DNA from: Stellaceae bacterium
Lineage (GTDB): Bacteria; Pseudomonadota; Alphaproteobacteria; ATCC43930; CGMCC-115725
Assembly (NCBI GenBank): GCA_046706015.1
Contig: JBJKPV010000123.1
Span: forward strand, 1-31,129
Direction: 5' to 3'
DNA: 31,129 nucleotides
Shown one piece after another: positions 8,303 through 17,708 of the stretch (the stretch's first letter is position 1; each line of letters opens with the position of its first letter). Below the pieces are notes generated by a model, which worked only from the letters and a program-made list of their open reading frames with translations, had not been told where the DNA came from and ran no database searches. A program made the translations under genes and the position numbers.

Positions 8303-10438
8303 ATGCAGCCCAACATCGATTCTGAAATTCGAGCCCCTGTCCGTTCTTTTGTCGGCGAGGGTGGAAGCGATATCGACCGCAACGATGGCGAGCACGCGAC
8401 CGCGATCGAGCACGCCAATGCGGCGAGCCTCGATCTATCGCCATCGCCGATGCCGCCGCCTCATCCGCAGCCGATGCCGGCGCAGCGGTTTGCGTTCTGG
8501 ACTCTGTCTCGGTTGCCGCTCGCCCTGCTCGGGACGCTGTGCGCTTTGCTCGGGCGAGACCGTGGCGCGAAGCTCCCGGAGTTACGATCGGGGCGACCAC
8601 AGGCGAGGCGTCGGCTCGTGGTCCGCCGGTGGCTTTATCTCGCCCTTGTTCTCGGTACGACAGCAACGGCGGCGATCCGCCTCTGGGCAATTTTGCGCGT
8701 CGACGGGCTGAGTGCACTCGAAATGAGCTTGCTCGCGCTGTTCGTCGTGCTGTTCGGCTGGATTGCGTCTTCATTCTGGCTGGCGATCTTCGGGGTCTAC
8801 GCGCGGCGACGCGCCCCGCGCGAGAAGCATCCCGATCCGGCGCGGCGCGCGGTCAGGCGCGTTCCGACGCGACTCTCGCGCACCGCCATCGTCATGCCGA
8901 TCCACAACGAGGATCCGGGCCGCGTCTTCGCGGGGATCGACGCGGTTCGCTGGTCGCTCGCGCAGACGGATCGCGGCCGTGCCGAATTCGACTTCTACGT
9001 GCTGAGCGATTCGACCAATCCGTCATGCCTTCGCGCCGAGGAAATCGCCTGGCGCCGCCGCTCCGGCGCGGGCGCGCCGCTCTTTTATCGTCGCCGCGTG
9101 CGAAACCTCGGCCGCAAGAGCGGCAATATCGCCGATTTCTGCCGCAATTGGGGCGCGCTCTACGATTACATGGTCGTGCTCGACGCCGACAGCTTGATGA
9201 CCGGCGATACCTTGGTCGCGCTGGTGGCGATGATGGATGCCAATCCGCGCACCGCGCTGATTCAGGCACCGCCGCGCCTCATCGGCCGCGAATCGTTGTT
9301 TGCGCGCACGCAGCAATTCGCGTCGAGCGTTTATGGCGAAATCTACGCCGCCGGTCTCGCCTATCTTCAGGAAGCGGACGGAAATTATTGGGGACACAAC
9401 GCGATCATCCGCGTGCAGCCCTTCATCCGCCATTGTGGCCTGCCGGAACTTCCCGGCCCGATGCCCTTCGGCGGCGAGATCCTGAGCCACGACTTCGTCG
9501 AAGCGGCTTTGCTGCGTCGCGCGGGCTGGGACCTTCGCCTCGCGAGCGAGCTCGAGGGCAGCTTCGAGGAGCCGCCGCCCACGCTGATCGATCATCTGAA
9601 GCGCGACCGGCGCTGGTGCTATGGCAATCTCCAGCATCTGATGCTGATCGGCGCGCGCGGGTTCACGCTGCCGAGCCGCCTGCATTTCGTCAATGGCGTG
9701 ATGACCTATCTGTCGTCGCCCTTGTGGCTGGTGATGCTGATCCTGTCCTCGATCGAGGCTTTCCGGATCGAGGCGGTTGCGCCGGTTACCTATGTCGGCC
9801 GCTATCCCCTGCTGACCTGGCCGATGCCGCACGCGCTCGCCTTCATCGCACTGGTCGCGGCGACACTCGTGTTGCTGTACGGGCCGAAGCTCATCTGTTG
9901 TGCGAGTTTGCTGCGCGACAGAGAGGCGCGCCGCGCGCATGGCGGGGGGCGCCGGTTGGCGCTGAGTGTCCTCGCCGAAAGCGCATTCTCGACATTGATC
10001 GCGCCGATCGTGATGTTGTCGCACAGCTGGTTCGTCGCGAATTTTCTGCTCGGCCGCCGCGTCGGCTGGGCCGCGCAGCGCCGTTGCGACGGTGGAATCG
10101 ATTGGCGTACGGCATCGCACGCATTTGCGCCGCATACGGTGATCGCGCTCGCCGCCGCCCTCGCGATGTGGCACTACATTCCCTCGGCTTTGCCGTGGTA
10201 CGGCCCGCTACTTGCGGGTCCTGCGCTTGCCATCCCGCTCTGCATCGCCAGCAGCACGTCTCTTCTGGGACGCGCAACGTTGCGTCGCCGCCTGTTTCTC
10301 GTGCCGAGCGAGACCATCGGGCTTCCCGTTCTCGATTGCATGCGAAAGTCGCTGGCAGCGCCAGACATCGCGCGCGCGACGCGCTTCGATGCGCCGGCGA
10401 GCATCCGTCCGGCTGCTCATCGGCGATTGGCCAATTGA
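8303..10438 (+). CDS. opgH: Glucans biosynthesis glucosyltransferase H (GT2)
   Basis: MPIHNEDP, LSDST, RKSGNIADFC, VLDADSLM, NYWGHNAIIR, LSHDFVEAALLRRAGW, EEPPPTL and RDRRWCYGNLQH motifs. The start is uncertain (8201, 8303 or later). Confidence 0.95.
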   Translation: MQPNIDSEIRAPVRSFVGEGGSDIDRNDGEHATAIEHANAASLDLSPSPMPPPHPQPMPAQRFAFWTLSRLPLALLGTLCALLGRDRGAKLPELRSGRPQARRRLVVRRWLYLALVLGTTATAAIRLWAILRVDGLSALEMSLLALFVVLFGWIASSFWLAIFGVYARRRAPREKHPDPARRAVRRVPTRLSRTAIVMPIHNEDPGRVFAGIDAVRWSLAQTDRGRAEFDFYVLSDSTNPSCLRAEEIAWRRRSGAGAPLFYRRRVRNLGRKSGNIADFCRNWGALYDYMVVLDADSLMTGDTLVALVAMMDANPRTALIQAPPRLIGRESLFARTQQFASSVYGEIYAAGLAYLQEADGNYWGHNAIIRVQPFIRHCGLPELPGPMPFGGEILSHDFVEAALLRRAGWDLRLASELEGSFEEPPPTLIDHLKRDRRWCYGNLQHLMLIGARGFTLPSRLHFVNGVMTYLSSPLWLVMLILSSIEAFRIEAVAPVTYVGRYPLLTWPMPHALAFIALVAATLVLLYGPKLICCASLLRDREARRAHGGGRRLALSVLAESAFSTLIAPIVMLSHSWFVANFLLGRRVGWAAQRRCDGGIDWRTASHAFAPHTVIALAAALAMWHYIPSALPWYGPLLAGPALAIPLCIASSTSLLGRATLRRRLFLVPSETIGLPVLDCMRKSLAAPDIARATRFDAPASIRPAAHRRLAN

Positions 10439-10677
10439 ATTGATGTGACGCGCGCAGCCGCAATGACCCCGTGAACGATCAAGGCCATGCACAAAAGAGT
10501 GGCAGGCGGTGCGTCGCGAGCCGAACACAGAATGACCACACCGGAGGCTTGAACATGATGGTTACTATCCCGCAAGTGCGAAATGAGCAAGGCCTCTCCG
10601 AATTAAGGTCCGTTATTCACGCCAACGCGACCTTGATTGACTTCGCTTTTATTTCACTACCGTGAAGGAGAAGCGCC

Positions 10678-11439
10678 ATGTCTATGCCGGTCTATGCCGG
10701 AACAGCGCGGAACTATCGCTCTAGTTTCCGTAATACTTCCAACAGGACGCATGATTGGTGGCGCTTGCACGCGGCAGCCATCGACCGCAACTTCGTCCGT
10801 CAGCGCCCTGCCGGGCTGTTTCGTGCGCCCGCCGAGCAGGCAACGAAGCTGTTGTTCGATCTCATCCTCGCCGCTCTTCTCGTCATCGGGCTTTCGCCGG
10901 CATTGCTTTGTCTCGCCGCTCTCGTGCGCAAAGGCGGCGGCAAAGTCATCTTCGGCCACAAGCGCATCGGTGCCTATGGCCGCGTCTTCACCTGTTGGAA
11001 ATTCCGCACCATGGTGCCGAATGCGGACCAGGTCTTGGCCCGCGTCCTCGCCGGCGACGCAAATGCGCGCGCGGAATGGGAAAAGGATTTCAAGCTCAGG
11101 GACGATCCGCGGATCACACGCGTCGGACGCGTCTTGCGCACCACCAGCCTCGACGAGCTACCGCAGCTCTTCAATGTCTTGAAGGGCGAGATGAGTCTCG
11201 TCGGTCCGCGACCGATCGTGGCCGACGAAATCCGGCGCTATGGCGCGGCCTTTCATGACTATACGCGGTGCCGGCCGGGCATCACTGGCGCTTGGCAGGT
11301 GAGCGGCCGCAACGATATCGATTACGGCACGCGGGTAAGGCTCGATCAGGATTACGCGCGCCACTGGTCATTCCTGAGCGATTGCGCGATCCTCTTGCGC
11401 ACGGCTGTCACCGTGCTCAAACGCAGCGGTGCGTATTGA
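10678..11439 (+). CDS. Priming phosphoglycosyl transferase (ExoY/WbaP C-terminal-domain type, Bac_transf)
   Basis: SD AAGGAG at 10665. It carries KLLFDLI, FTCWKFRTM, DPRITRVGRVLRTTSLDELPQLFNVLKGEMSLVGPRP and RPGITGAWQVSGRN. Confidence 0.95.
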   Translation: MSMPVYAGTARNYRSSFRNTSNRTHDWWRLHAAAIDRNFVRQRPAGLFRAPAEQATKLLFDLILAALLVIGLSPALLCLAALVRKGGGKVIFGHKRIGAYGRVFTCWKFRTMVPNADQVLARVLAGDANARAEWEKDFKLRDDPRITRVGRVLRTTSLDELPQLFNVLKGEMSLVGPRPIVADEIRRYGAAFHDYTRCRPGITGAWQVSGRNDIDYGTRVRLDQDYARHWSFLSDCAILLRTAVTVLKRSGAY

Positions 11440-12260
11440 GCGCGACAACAGGGCACGCGCGCGTCGCCCTTGAAACGCGCGATTCGTCTGCGCATGCCAC
11501 GCCTGCCGATATTCCGGTGCCGGCGTCGGCGGCGCGTATCGCTGGCCTTCTCGTGGTACTCGCGGCGGCGGCAGCGCTCGGTGGCTGCGCCACGGCGAGC
11601 GGCGATCTGCCGCCGATTCCCATGATTCCTGTGCCGCAGGCCGGAACCTTGTCCGCGCTTCCGCCTTACAAGGTGCAGGTCGGCGACGTGCTGGACGTCA
11701 AGCTCTACCTCAATCCGGAGCTGAACGATCAGGTCACGGTTCGGCCCGACGGAATGTTCTCGACCTCGATCGCCCAGGACGTCCCGGCCTACAACCACAC
11801 CCCGGCGCAGATCGCGGCCGAATTGCGCCAGGACTATGCGAACACGCTGAAGAACCCGCATGTCAACGTGATCGTCCATTCCTTCGCGCCCAACAAGATC
11901 TATGTCGGCGGCGAGGTCAGGGACCCCGGCGAATACATCACGGTCGGGCCCAATCTCACCATCAGTCAGGCGCTGGCCCGCGCCGGCGGCGTCAAGCTCA
12001 GCGGCGATCGCGCGCGTATCTTCGTCATTCGCCGCGGTCCGCACGACAAGGCCGAAGCCTTCTCGGTCGACTACAAAGACATCATTTCCGGCCGCCATCC
12101 ACAGGACGACGTACGGCTCGCGCCCTATGACGTGGTCTATGTGCCGCGGACCGGCATTTACGAGGTGTGGACGTTCTGGAACCAGTTCGTCCAGCAATTC
12201 GTGCCGGTCAATTGGGGCTTCTCCTACAGCGTCAACCCATCGGTTACGACCGGCAAATGA
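11436..12260 (+). CDS. wza: Outer-membrane polysaccharide export lipoprotein (OPX, Wza family)
   Basis: Probable TTG start overlapping the upstream TGA, lipobox LGGC, Poly_export motif YKVQVGDVLDV...VRPDG, SLBB (IYVGGEV..PG) and a C-terminal amphipathic WNQFVQQFVP helix. Confidence 0.9.
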   Translation: MSATTGHARVALETRDSSAHATPADIPVPASAARIAGLLVVLAAAAALGGCATASGDLPPIPMIPVPQAGTLSALPPYKVQVGDVLDVKLYLNPELNDQVTVRPDGMFSTSIAQDVPAYNHTPAQIAAELRQDYANTLKNPHVNVIVHSFAPNKIYVGGEVRDPGEYITVGPNLTISQALARAGGVKLSGDRARIFVIRRGPHDKAEAFSVDYKDIISGRHPQDDVRLAPYDVVYVPRTGIYEVWTFWNQFVQQFVPVNWGFSYSVNPSVTTGK

Positions 12261-12290
12261 CGATATTGCCTCAGCCCATCGACACGACGC

Positions 12291-13793
12291 GTGAGTTCGG
12301 CCGCGAGAAAGGAGGAAATTTTGCCGTTTGACCTTCTCGCCGTATTGTTCCGCCACAAGACCGCGGCGCTATGCGTCTTCTCCGCCGTGGTCCTGGCGGG
12401 CATCGCCTATCTGCTGGTCGCGACGCCCAAATACGAATCGGTCGCCCAGCTGATCGTGCGCTTCGGCGATCGCTCTGTTCCCAATTTCCAGCAGGCGCCG
12501 CCGACCGAACTCACGCCGTCGGACCGGCGTGAGATCGTGACCGCGAACGCGGCGATTCTGAGCAGCCACGATCTGGCGCAGGCGACGATCGAATCCTTCG
12601 GTCTCGCCAAGGTCTATCCCGCTATTGCCGCCGATCCGCCGAACCACGGCACGCCCATGGACGCGGCGGTAAGGCGGTTCTCCGACAATCTCTCGGTCGA
12701 TGTCGGGACGCAGGATAATGTGCTCTCGGTCGCGTTCTTTCATCCCGATGCGTCGCTTGCGCCGAAGATCGTTCACAAATTGGTGTCGCTCTATATCGAG
12801 CGCGAGACCGCCGTCTATCAGAACCCGCAAGCCGCCTTCCTCGACAAGGAAGTGAAGGCTGCCAATAAGCGCCTGCTCGCGGCGCAAAGCGCGCTCGAGG
12901 CCTTCAAGGAAAAATGGCACATCACGAATTACGACCAGGAGGTCATGGACCTGCTGAAGCAGCGCGGCGACGTCGACACCAATCTTCGCGCCGCGGAAGC
13001 GAGTCTCGACCAGGCGCAGCATCGCAAGCAGGATCTCGAGCAGCTGATGCGCACGGTCCCCGAGAAGGTGCCGGAACCGGCGAGTGGCGAGAAATACCGC
13101 GCGCTCGACGACGCCGAGATCCGCCTCGCCAATCTCCGCTCGAAGCTCAATCAGATGCTGGTCACATACCGGGCGAACAGCCCCGCCATGGCCTCGCTCA
13201 AAGCCGGCGTCGCCACTGCGGAGGCCGACGTCAAAGCGCGTCGGGCGGAGCTGAGCCATCGCTCGCTCACCGATATAAATAAGGTCTATCAGACGCTCCA
13301 GACCGACTATCTCCGTACCGCCGCCGATGCGGAAAGCAACAGCCAGCCGGTCAAGGTGCTGAGCGGCCAGCTCAAGACGATCGACGATCGGCTCAACGTC
13401 CTGCAGCAGAATCGCGGCAACTTGGACGACCTCACGCGGCACGCGCAGATCGCCGAGGCCGCCTATCGCTCGCTCTCGTCGCAATACGAAGACGCGCGCG
13501 TCAAGGACAATCTCAACCAGCAGCGGATTTCGCCGGCCACAATCATCAGCCAGCCAACCCAGCCCTACAAGCCGGCACGGCCGCGCAAGCTCGTGACGCT
13601 CCTCGCCTGCATCTTTGCCGGCGGGATTCTGGCAATCGGCTGCGCGCTCGCACTCGAGGCACGCGACGATCGCTTCGTCACTGCGGAGCAGATCGTGTTC
13701 ATCCTCGATCTCCCCGTCCTTGCCAGCTTCGGAGAGCGACACCGCAGCCTGCCGCTGCCGCGCGCGCTTATCGCCCCGGGAGACAGCACGTGA
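12291..13793 (+). CDS. Polysaccharide copolymerase, Wzc/GumC/ExoP N-terminal (transmembrane/periplasmic) part without a kinase domain
   Basis: GTG start, N-terminal TM with PKYESVAQL, long coiled-coil region, Pro-rich QPYKPARPRK before the second TM, and a short tail without a Tyr cluster. Confidence 0.9.
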   Translation: MSSAARKEEILPFDLLAVLFRHKTAALCVFSAVVLAGIAYLLVATPKYESVAQLIVRFGDRSVPNFQQAPPTELTPSDRREIVTANAAILSSHDLAQATIESFGLAKVYPAIAADPPNHGTPMDAAVRRFSDNLSVDVGTQDNVLSVAFFHPDASLAPKIVHKLVSLYIERETAVYQNPQAAFLDKEVKAANKRLLAAQSALEAFKEKWHITNYDQEVMDLLKQRGDVDTNLRAAEASLDQAQHRKQDLEQLMRTVPEKVPEPASGEKYRALDDAEIRLANLRSKLNQMLVTYRANSPAMASLKAGVATAEADVKARRAELSHRSLTDINKVYQTLQTDYLRTAADAESNSQPVKVLSGQLKTIDDRLNVLQQNRGNLDDLTRHAQIAEAAYRSLSSQYEDARVKDNLNQQRISPATIISQPTQPYKPARPRKLVTLLACIFAGGILAIGCALALEARDDRFVTAEQIVFILDLPVLASFGERHRSLPLPRALIAPGDST

Positions 13794-15757
13794 GGAAAGG
13801 TAACCTCGCTTACGGCGATTTTTACGAGCGCGAGGCGACGCCGCGCGAGCAGGAGTTCCGCGAGATCGAGCTGAGCACGCCCGACGATCTGCCTTTGGTC
13901 GATCTGATCGAGCTCTATGCCGGCATCGAATACGCGCTGCCAAGCGACCAGGGCCTGGTCGTCCAGTTCGTCAGCGCCACATCGGGGTTCGGCAGCGAAC
14001 AGGTTGCGCTCGACATGGCCTGGGCGGGAGCCAGCGTGCTCGGCCGACGGATGCTGCTGCTCAATTGCAACAAGTCCCGGCAGCGCCTGCCGCCGCCGCG
14101 CGGCGCGCAACCCGCCGCGCAACCCGTGATCGAACGCCACGTGCCGGTGAACCACATCGTCAAGGTGTCGGGCCAGGTGCTCTTCCACGCGGAATGGCGA
14201 AGCTGGCATTCGAAATCGGGCGCGTTGGTCGGTGCCGATGTGATCGACGGCCACCTCGACGAACTGCGCGCGTTTTTCGACATGATCGTCATGATCGCGC
14301 CGCCGGCGGATGGTGACCCGCTGGCGATGATCATGGCGCGGCACGTCGACGGCAATGTGATCATCCTCGAAGCCGAGCAGACCCGCCGGTCCGCGGCGAT
14401 ACGTCTGCGCGAGATTCTCGCTCGAGCCGGCAGCCCGATCGTCGGTGCCGTGCTCAACAACCGGCGCAATCACCTGCCGCGCAGGCTTTCGCGGCTCCTC
14501 TATCGGCAGCGTGGTCCGGCGATGCATGTGATGGTCGCAAACAATATCTATCCGCCGATCGTCGCCGGCGGCGCGGAACTCATCGTCTCCTATCTCTGCG
14601 AAGGCCTTGCGCGGCGTGGGCATCGAGTCACGGTCGTCTCGACCTGCTCACCGGATATGGAGCCTTATCCAGCGGAGATCCGCAACGGGGTCGAGGTCAT
14701 TCGCTTCTTTCCGCCGAACGTCTATTGGTCGTTCACGCGCGATCGCAATCCGGGCGTCAAGAAATGGCTGTGGCACGCCCGCGACGCGTGGAATCGCCAA
14801 GCCGGGCTTCGCTTGCGGGAGATCCTCAACGCGGCGCGGCCGAGCGTGCTGCATTCGCATCTGATCGACGGCATGTCGGCCTCCGTCTGGGGCTACGCGC
14901 GGCGTGCGGGCGTGCGCGTCATCCATACCGCGCATGACTATCACCTGCTTTGCCCGCGCGCTTTCATGCTGACCTCGGACTGGAATCTGTGCGCTCAGCC
15001 GAGCCTTCCGTGCCGCGTCTATCGCAATTGGCATATCGGCACGACGCGGCATGTCGACCTCTTCGTCAGCCCGTCGCGATTTCTGCTCGAGATGCATGAG
15101 CGCGCCGGCTTGCGCGTCGCCAAGCGCGCGGTGGTGCCGAACGGCATTCCGCTGCCCGCGGCGCTCGATCAGGTCCGGCAGGCGCGCCCGCCGGATAGCC
15201 ATACACGGTTTCTCCTGCTTTCGCGTCTGACGGTCGAGAAGGGCGTGCTCGTCCTGTTGGACGCTGTCGCGCGGCTATCCCCCGATCTCGGTATCGAGGT
15301 CGTGATCGCGGGCAAGGGGCCCTTGGAAGACCGCGTACGCGCCGCCGCCGCGGCGGACCCGCGCATCACCTATCTCGGCTATGTCAACGGCAAGGCCAAA
15401 ATCGAGGCGCTGTCGCGGGCCGGCTACTTATTGCTGCCCTCGCTCTGGTACGAGAACGCGCCGGTGGCGATCGTCGAGGCTGCGGCTTATGGGCTTGGGC
15501 TCCTCGCAAGCCGCATCGGTGCCATTCCGGAGTTCATTGAAGAGAATCGGACCGGACTGCTGTGTCGGCCTGGCGATCCTGAGGCCTTGGCTGAAGCCAT
15601 GACGCGCGTCGCACTCGAGCCCCATGCCTTGCCGGATTTGGCCGCGCGCTCGGCGGCGGTCGCGCAACGCCACCGTGTCGAACACATGATTGATGCCTAT
15701 GAGGAACTCTACGTCGCCTCGCTCAGCCGCCAAGCGACCTTCGCCGGCGGAAGCTGA
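13790..15757 (+). CDS. Fusion of a degenerate CpsD/CapB (BY-kinase-like) P-loop domain (aa ~1-240) and a GT4 glycosyltransferase (from MHVMVANN at 14522)
   Basis: GTGA overlap with the copolymerase. The N-half has VQFVSATSGFGSE, MLLLNCN, FDMIVMIAPP, HVDGNVIILEAEQTRR and IVGAVLNNRR, matching BY-kinase topology. The C-half has YPPIVAGGAE, HTAHDY, SRLTVEKG and the E-x7-E motif ENAPVAIVE. Confidence 0.85.
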   Translation: MRKGNLAYGDFYEREATPREQEFREIELSTPDDLPLVDLIELYAGIEYALPSDQGLVVQFVSATSGFGSEQVALDMAWAGASVLGRRMLLLNCNKSRQRLPPPRGAQPAAQPVIERHVPVNHIVKVSGQVLFHAEWRSWHSKSGALVGADVIDGHLDELRAFFDMIVMIAPPADGDPLAMIMARHVDGNVIILEAEQTRRSAAIRLREILARAGSPIVGAVLNNRRNHLPRRLSRLLYRQRGPAMHVMVANNIYPPIVAGGAELIVSYLCEGLARRGHRVTVVSTCSPDMEPYPAEIRNGVEVIRFFPPNVYWSFTRDRNPGVKKWLWHARDAWNRQAGLRLREILNAARPSVLHSHLIDGMSASVWGYARRAGVRVIHTAHDYHLLCPRAFMLTSDWNLCAQPSLPCRVYRNWHIGTTRHVDLFVSPSRFLLEMHERAGLRVAKRAVVPNGIPLPAALDQVRQARPPDSHTRFLLLSRLTVEKGVLVLLDAVARLSPDLGIEVVIAGKGPLEDRVRAAAAADPRITYLGYVNGKAKIEALSRAGYLLLPSLWYENAPVAIVEAAAYGLGLLASRIGAIPEFIEENRTGLLCRPGDPEALAEAMTRVALEPHALPDLAARSAAVAQRHRVEHMIDAYEELYVASLSRQATFAGGS

Positions 15758-15767
15758 CCGGGCGCGC

Positions 15768-17708
15768 GTGCGGGTCGCTCTCGCTGCCTTTCTCTTATGC
15801 CTGCTGGCCTTGGCGGCGCCTGTCTATGCCGAGTCGCTCCCGTCCGATGCCGGGATCATCAACGTTCGCGATTACGGCGCGCGCGGCGACGGAAGGCACG
15901 ACGATACCAAGGCGCTCTTGAACGCCATCGCGGCGAGTGGCGGCGATACCGGCCGCGCCTTTTGGCAAGATCGCATCGTTTATCTTCCCAACGGCACCTA
16001 TCTCGTCTCCGCGCCTCTGGTGAAGCGCTATGCCGGCGGGCGGTTCGGCTCGGGCATGATCCTGGTCGGCCAGTCGCGGAACGGCACCGTCATTCGCCTC
16101 GAAGATCACGCACCGGGTTTTGACGATCAGCGCCATCCGCGAGCGGTCGTCTTCACCACCTCGAAGCTTCTCGACGGCACGCCGACCAGCGGCGGCAAGA
16201 ATTATCCGGCGCTCGGCGAAGGCAACGACGCCTATATGAACTCGGTCGAGGATCTGACCATCGATGTCGGCAAGAACAATCCCGGCGCGATCGGCATCGA
16301 CTATCTCGCCAACAATATTGGGGCCGTGCGCGACGTTACGTTGAAGGCGCCGACTGGCAGCGGCGCCATCGGCCTTTCGATCCAACGCAAATGGCCGGGG
16401 CCGGCGCTGATCGAGAATCTCCTCGTCGAAGGCTTTGCGACGGGCATCGCGGTGGCGCAAACGGAATATGGGCTGACCTTCGACCATATCCGGCTGCGCG
16501 GCCAGCATGGCCCGGCGCTACGCAACGACCAGAACGTTCTTTCCATGCACGATCTCGAAATCACCGATCCGGCACCGGCCATCGTCAATAGCGGCGCCAA
16601 AGGCTTCATCGCGATCGATGGCGGATCGATCGGGCTGACCACCGGCGCACCCAAGCTTGCGAGCGCTGTCGCCAATGCCGGCTTCGTTGTGACCCGCGGC
16701 CTCGCCCTCGCGCGCGCCGGCCAGGAGGACGTGCAAGGTGAAAAAGCAACGATGCTGAATGGCATTCTCGCGGCGGGCGGCAAATGGAAGACGGTAGCCT
16801 GGCCGGCCTGGCTGCCGCGACTTCGCGACGCCCCCGCGGATCCGGCGATCGCGCCCAAGAACTGGGCGAACGCGGCGCATTTCGGCGCCGTGCCGAACCC
16901 GACGCATGATTCGGCGGAGGGGTTGCGGCGGGCTTTTGCCTCCGGTGCTTCCGTGGTCTACCTGCCGCACGGAACTTATGCGATCAGCCGCGCGATCGAG
17001 ATACCGCCGGGCGTGCGCCGCATCGTCGGCATGAATTCGACGATCAAGATCTTGCTGCCGCGACGGCCCGATTTTGCGCGCGACAAGGGCATGTTGCGTG
17101 TTGAGAGCAACGGCCCGCCGCTATCGATCGAGAACCTGGCGCTCGACAACACCAATCTCGGCCACCAGCTCGGAATCGAGGTGGCAGGGCCGCGCACGGT
17201 CACGATCCGCGATGTCGTTGCGGCCGGGGTCACGCTGCTCGACCGTAAACAGGCGGGCGGCCCGGTTTTCCTCGAGGATGTCTGCTGCGGCGCGATCGAG
17301 CTGGACGGTCCCGCCTCGGTGATCGCGCGGCAGCTCGACACCGAGGGCGGCGGCGTCCGCATCCTTGATCGTGGCAGCCCGCTCTCGATCCTGGGGCTCA
17401 AGACCGAAGGCATCGCGACGATTCTCGGCAATCGCGACGGCGCGCATGCCGATGTCTGGGGCGGCCTCGTCTATATGGTCCACAATGACGGCGGCACGCG
17501 CGTTCCGGCATTTCGCAACGCGGATGCATGGCTGCTCGCAGCCTTCGCCGAGGAATCGCTGCGCGCGGCGAGCCATTACAACGTCTATCTCGCGGGCCAG
17601 ACTCCGCAGGGCGAAGCAGTATTGACGCCCGATCGTTTTCCCACGCGCGGCTTCGGGCACTTCGTCCCGGATCTGCGCGCGACGCCGGCGGGTCCTCAGC
17701 CTCAGTAA
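15768..17708 (+). CDS. Secreted right-handed beta-helix glycan-active protein (Pectate_lyase_3 / GH55-like, two repeats)
   Basis: Signal peptide VRVALAAFLLCLLALAAPVYA from a GTG start. INVRDYGARGDGRHDDT...VYLPNGTYLVS recurs as HFGAVPNPTHDS...VYLPHGTYAIS. Confidence 0.8.
   Translation: MRVALAAFLLCLLALAAPVYAESLPSDAGIINVRDYGARGDGRHDDTKALLNAIAASGGDTGRAFWQDRIVYLPNGTYLVSAPLVKRYAGGRFGSGMILVGQSRNGTVIRLEDHAPGFDDQRHPRAVVFTTSKLLDGTPTSGGKNYPALGEGNDAYMNSVEDLTIDVGKNNPGAIGIDYLANNIGAVRDVTLKAPTGSGAIGLSIQRKWPGPALIENLLVEGFATGIAVAQTEYGLTFDHIRLRGQHGPALRNDQNVLSMHDLEITDPAPAIVNSGAKGFIAIDGGSIGLTTGAPKLASAVANAGFVVTRGLALARAGQEDVQGEKATMLNGILAAGGKWKTVAWPAWLPRLRDAPADPAIAPKNWANAAHFGAVPNPTHDSAEGLRRAFASGASVVYLPHGTYAISRAIEIPPGVRRIVGMNSTIKILLPRRPDFARDKGMLRVESNGPPLSIENLALDNTNLGHQLGIEVAGPRTVTIRDVVAAGVTLLDRKQAGGPVFLEDVCCGAIELDGPASVIARQLDTEGGGVRILDRGSPLSILGLKTEGIATILGNRDGAHADVWGGLVYMVHNDGGTRVPAFRNADAWLLAAFAEESLRAASHYNVYLAGQTPQGEAVLTPDRFPTRGFGHFVPDLRATPAGPQPQ

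Noticed and set aside
8539-10443. 634 aa same-strand alternative-frame ORF inside opgH
   Set aside because: It has the Arg/Ala/Pro-rich composition typical of off-frame translation in high-GC DNA.
12369-13943. 524 aa antisense ORF opposite the copolymerase
   Set aside because: It is a shadow ORF with no motif support.
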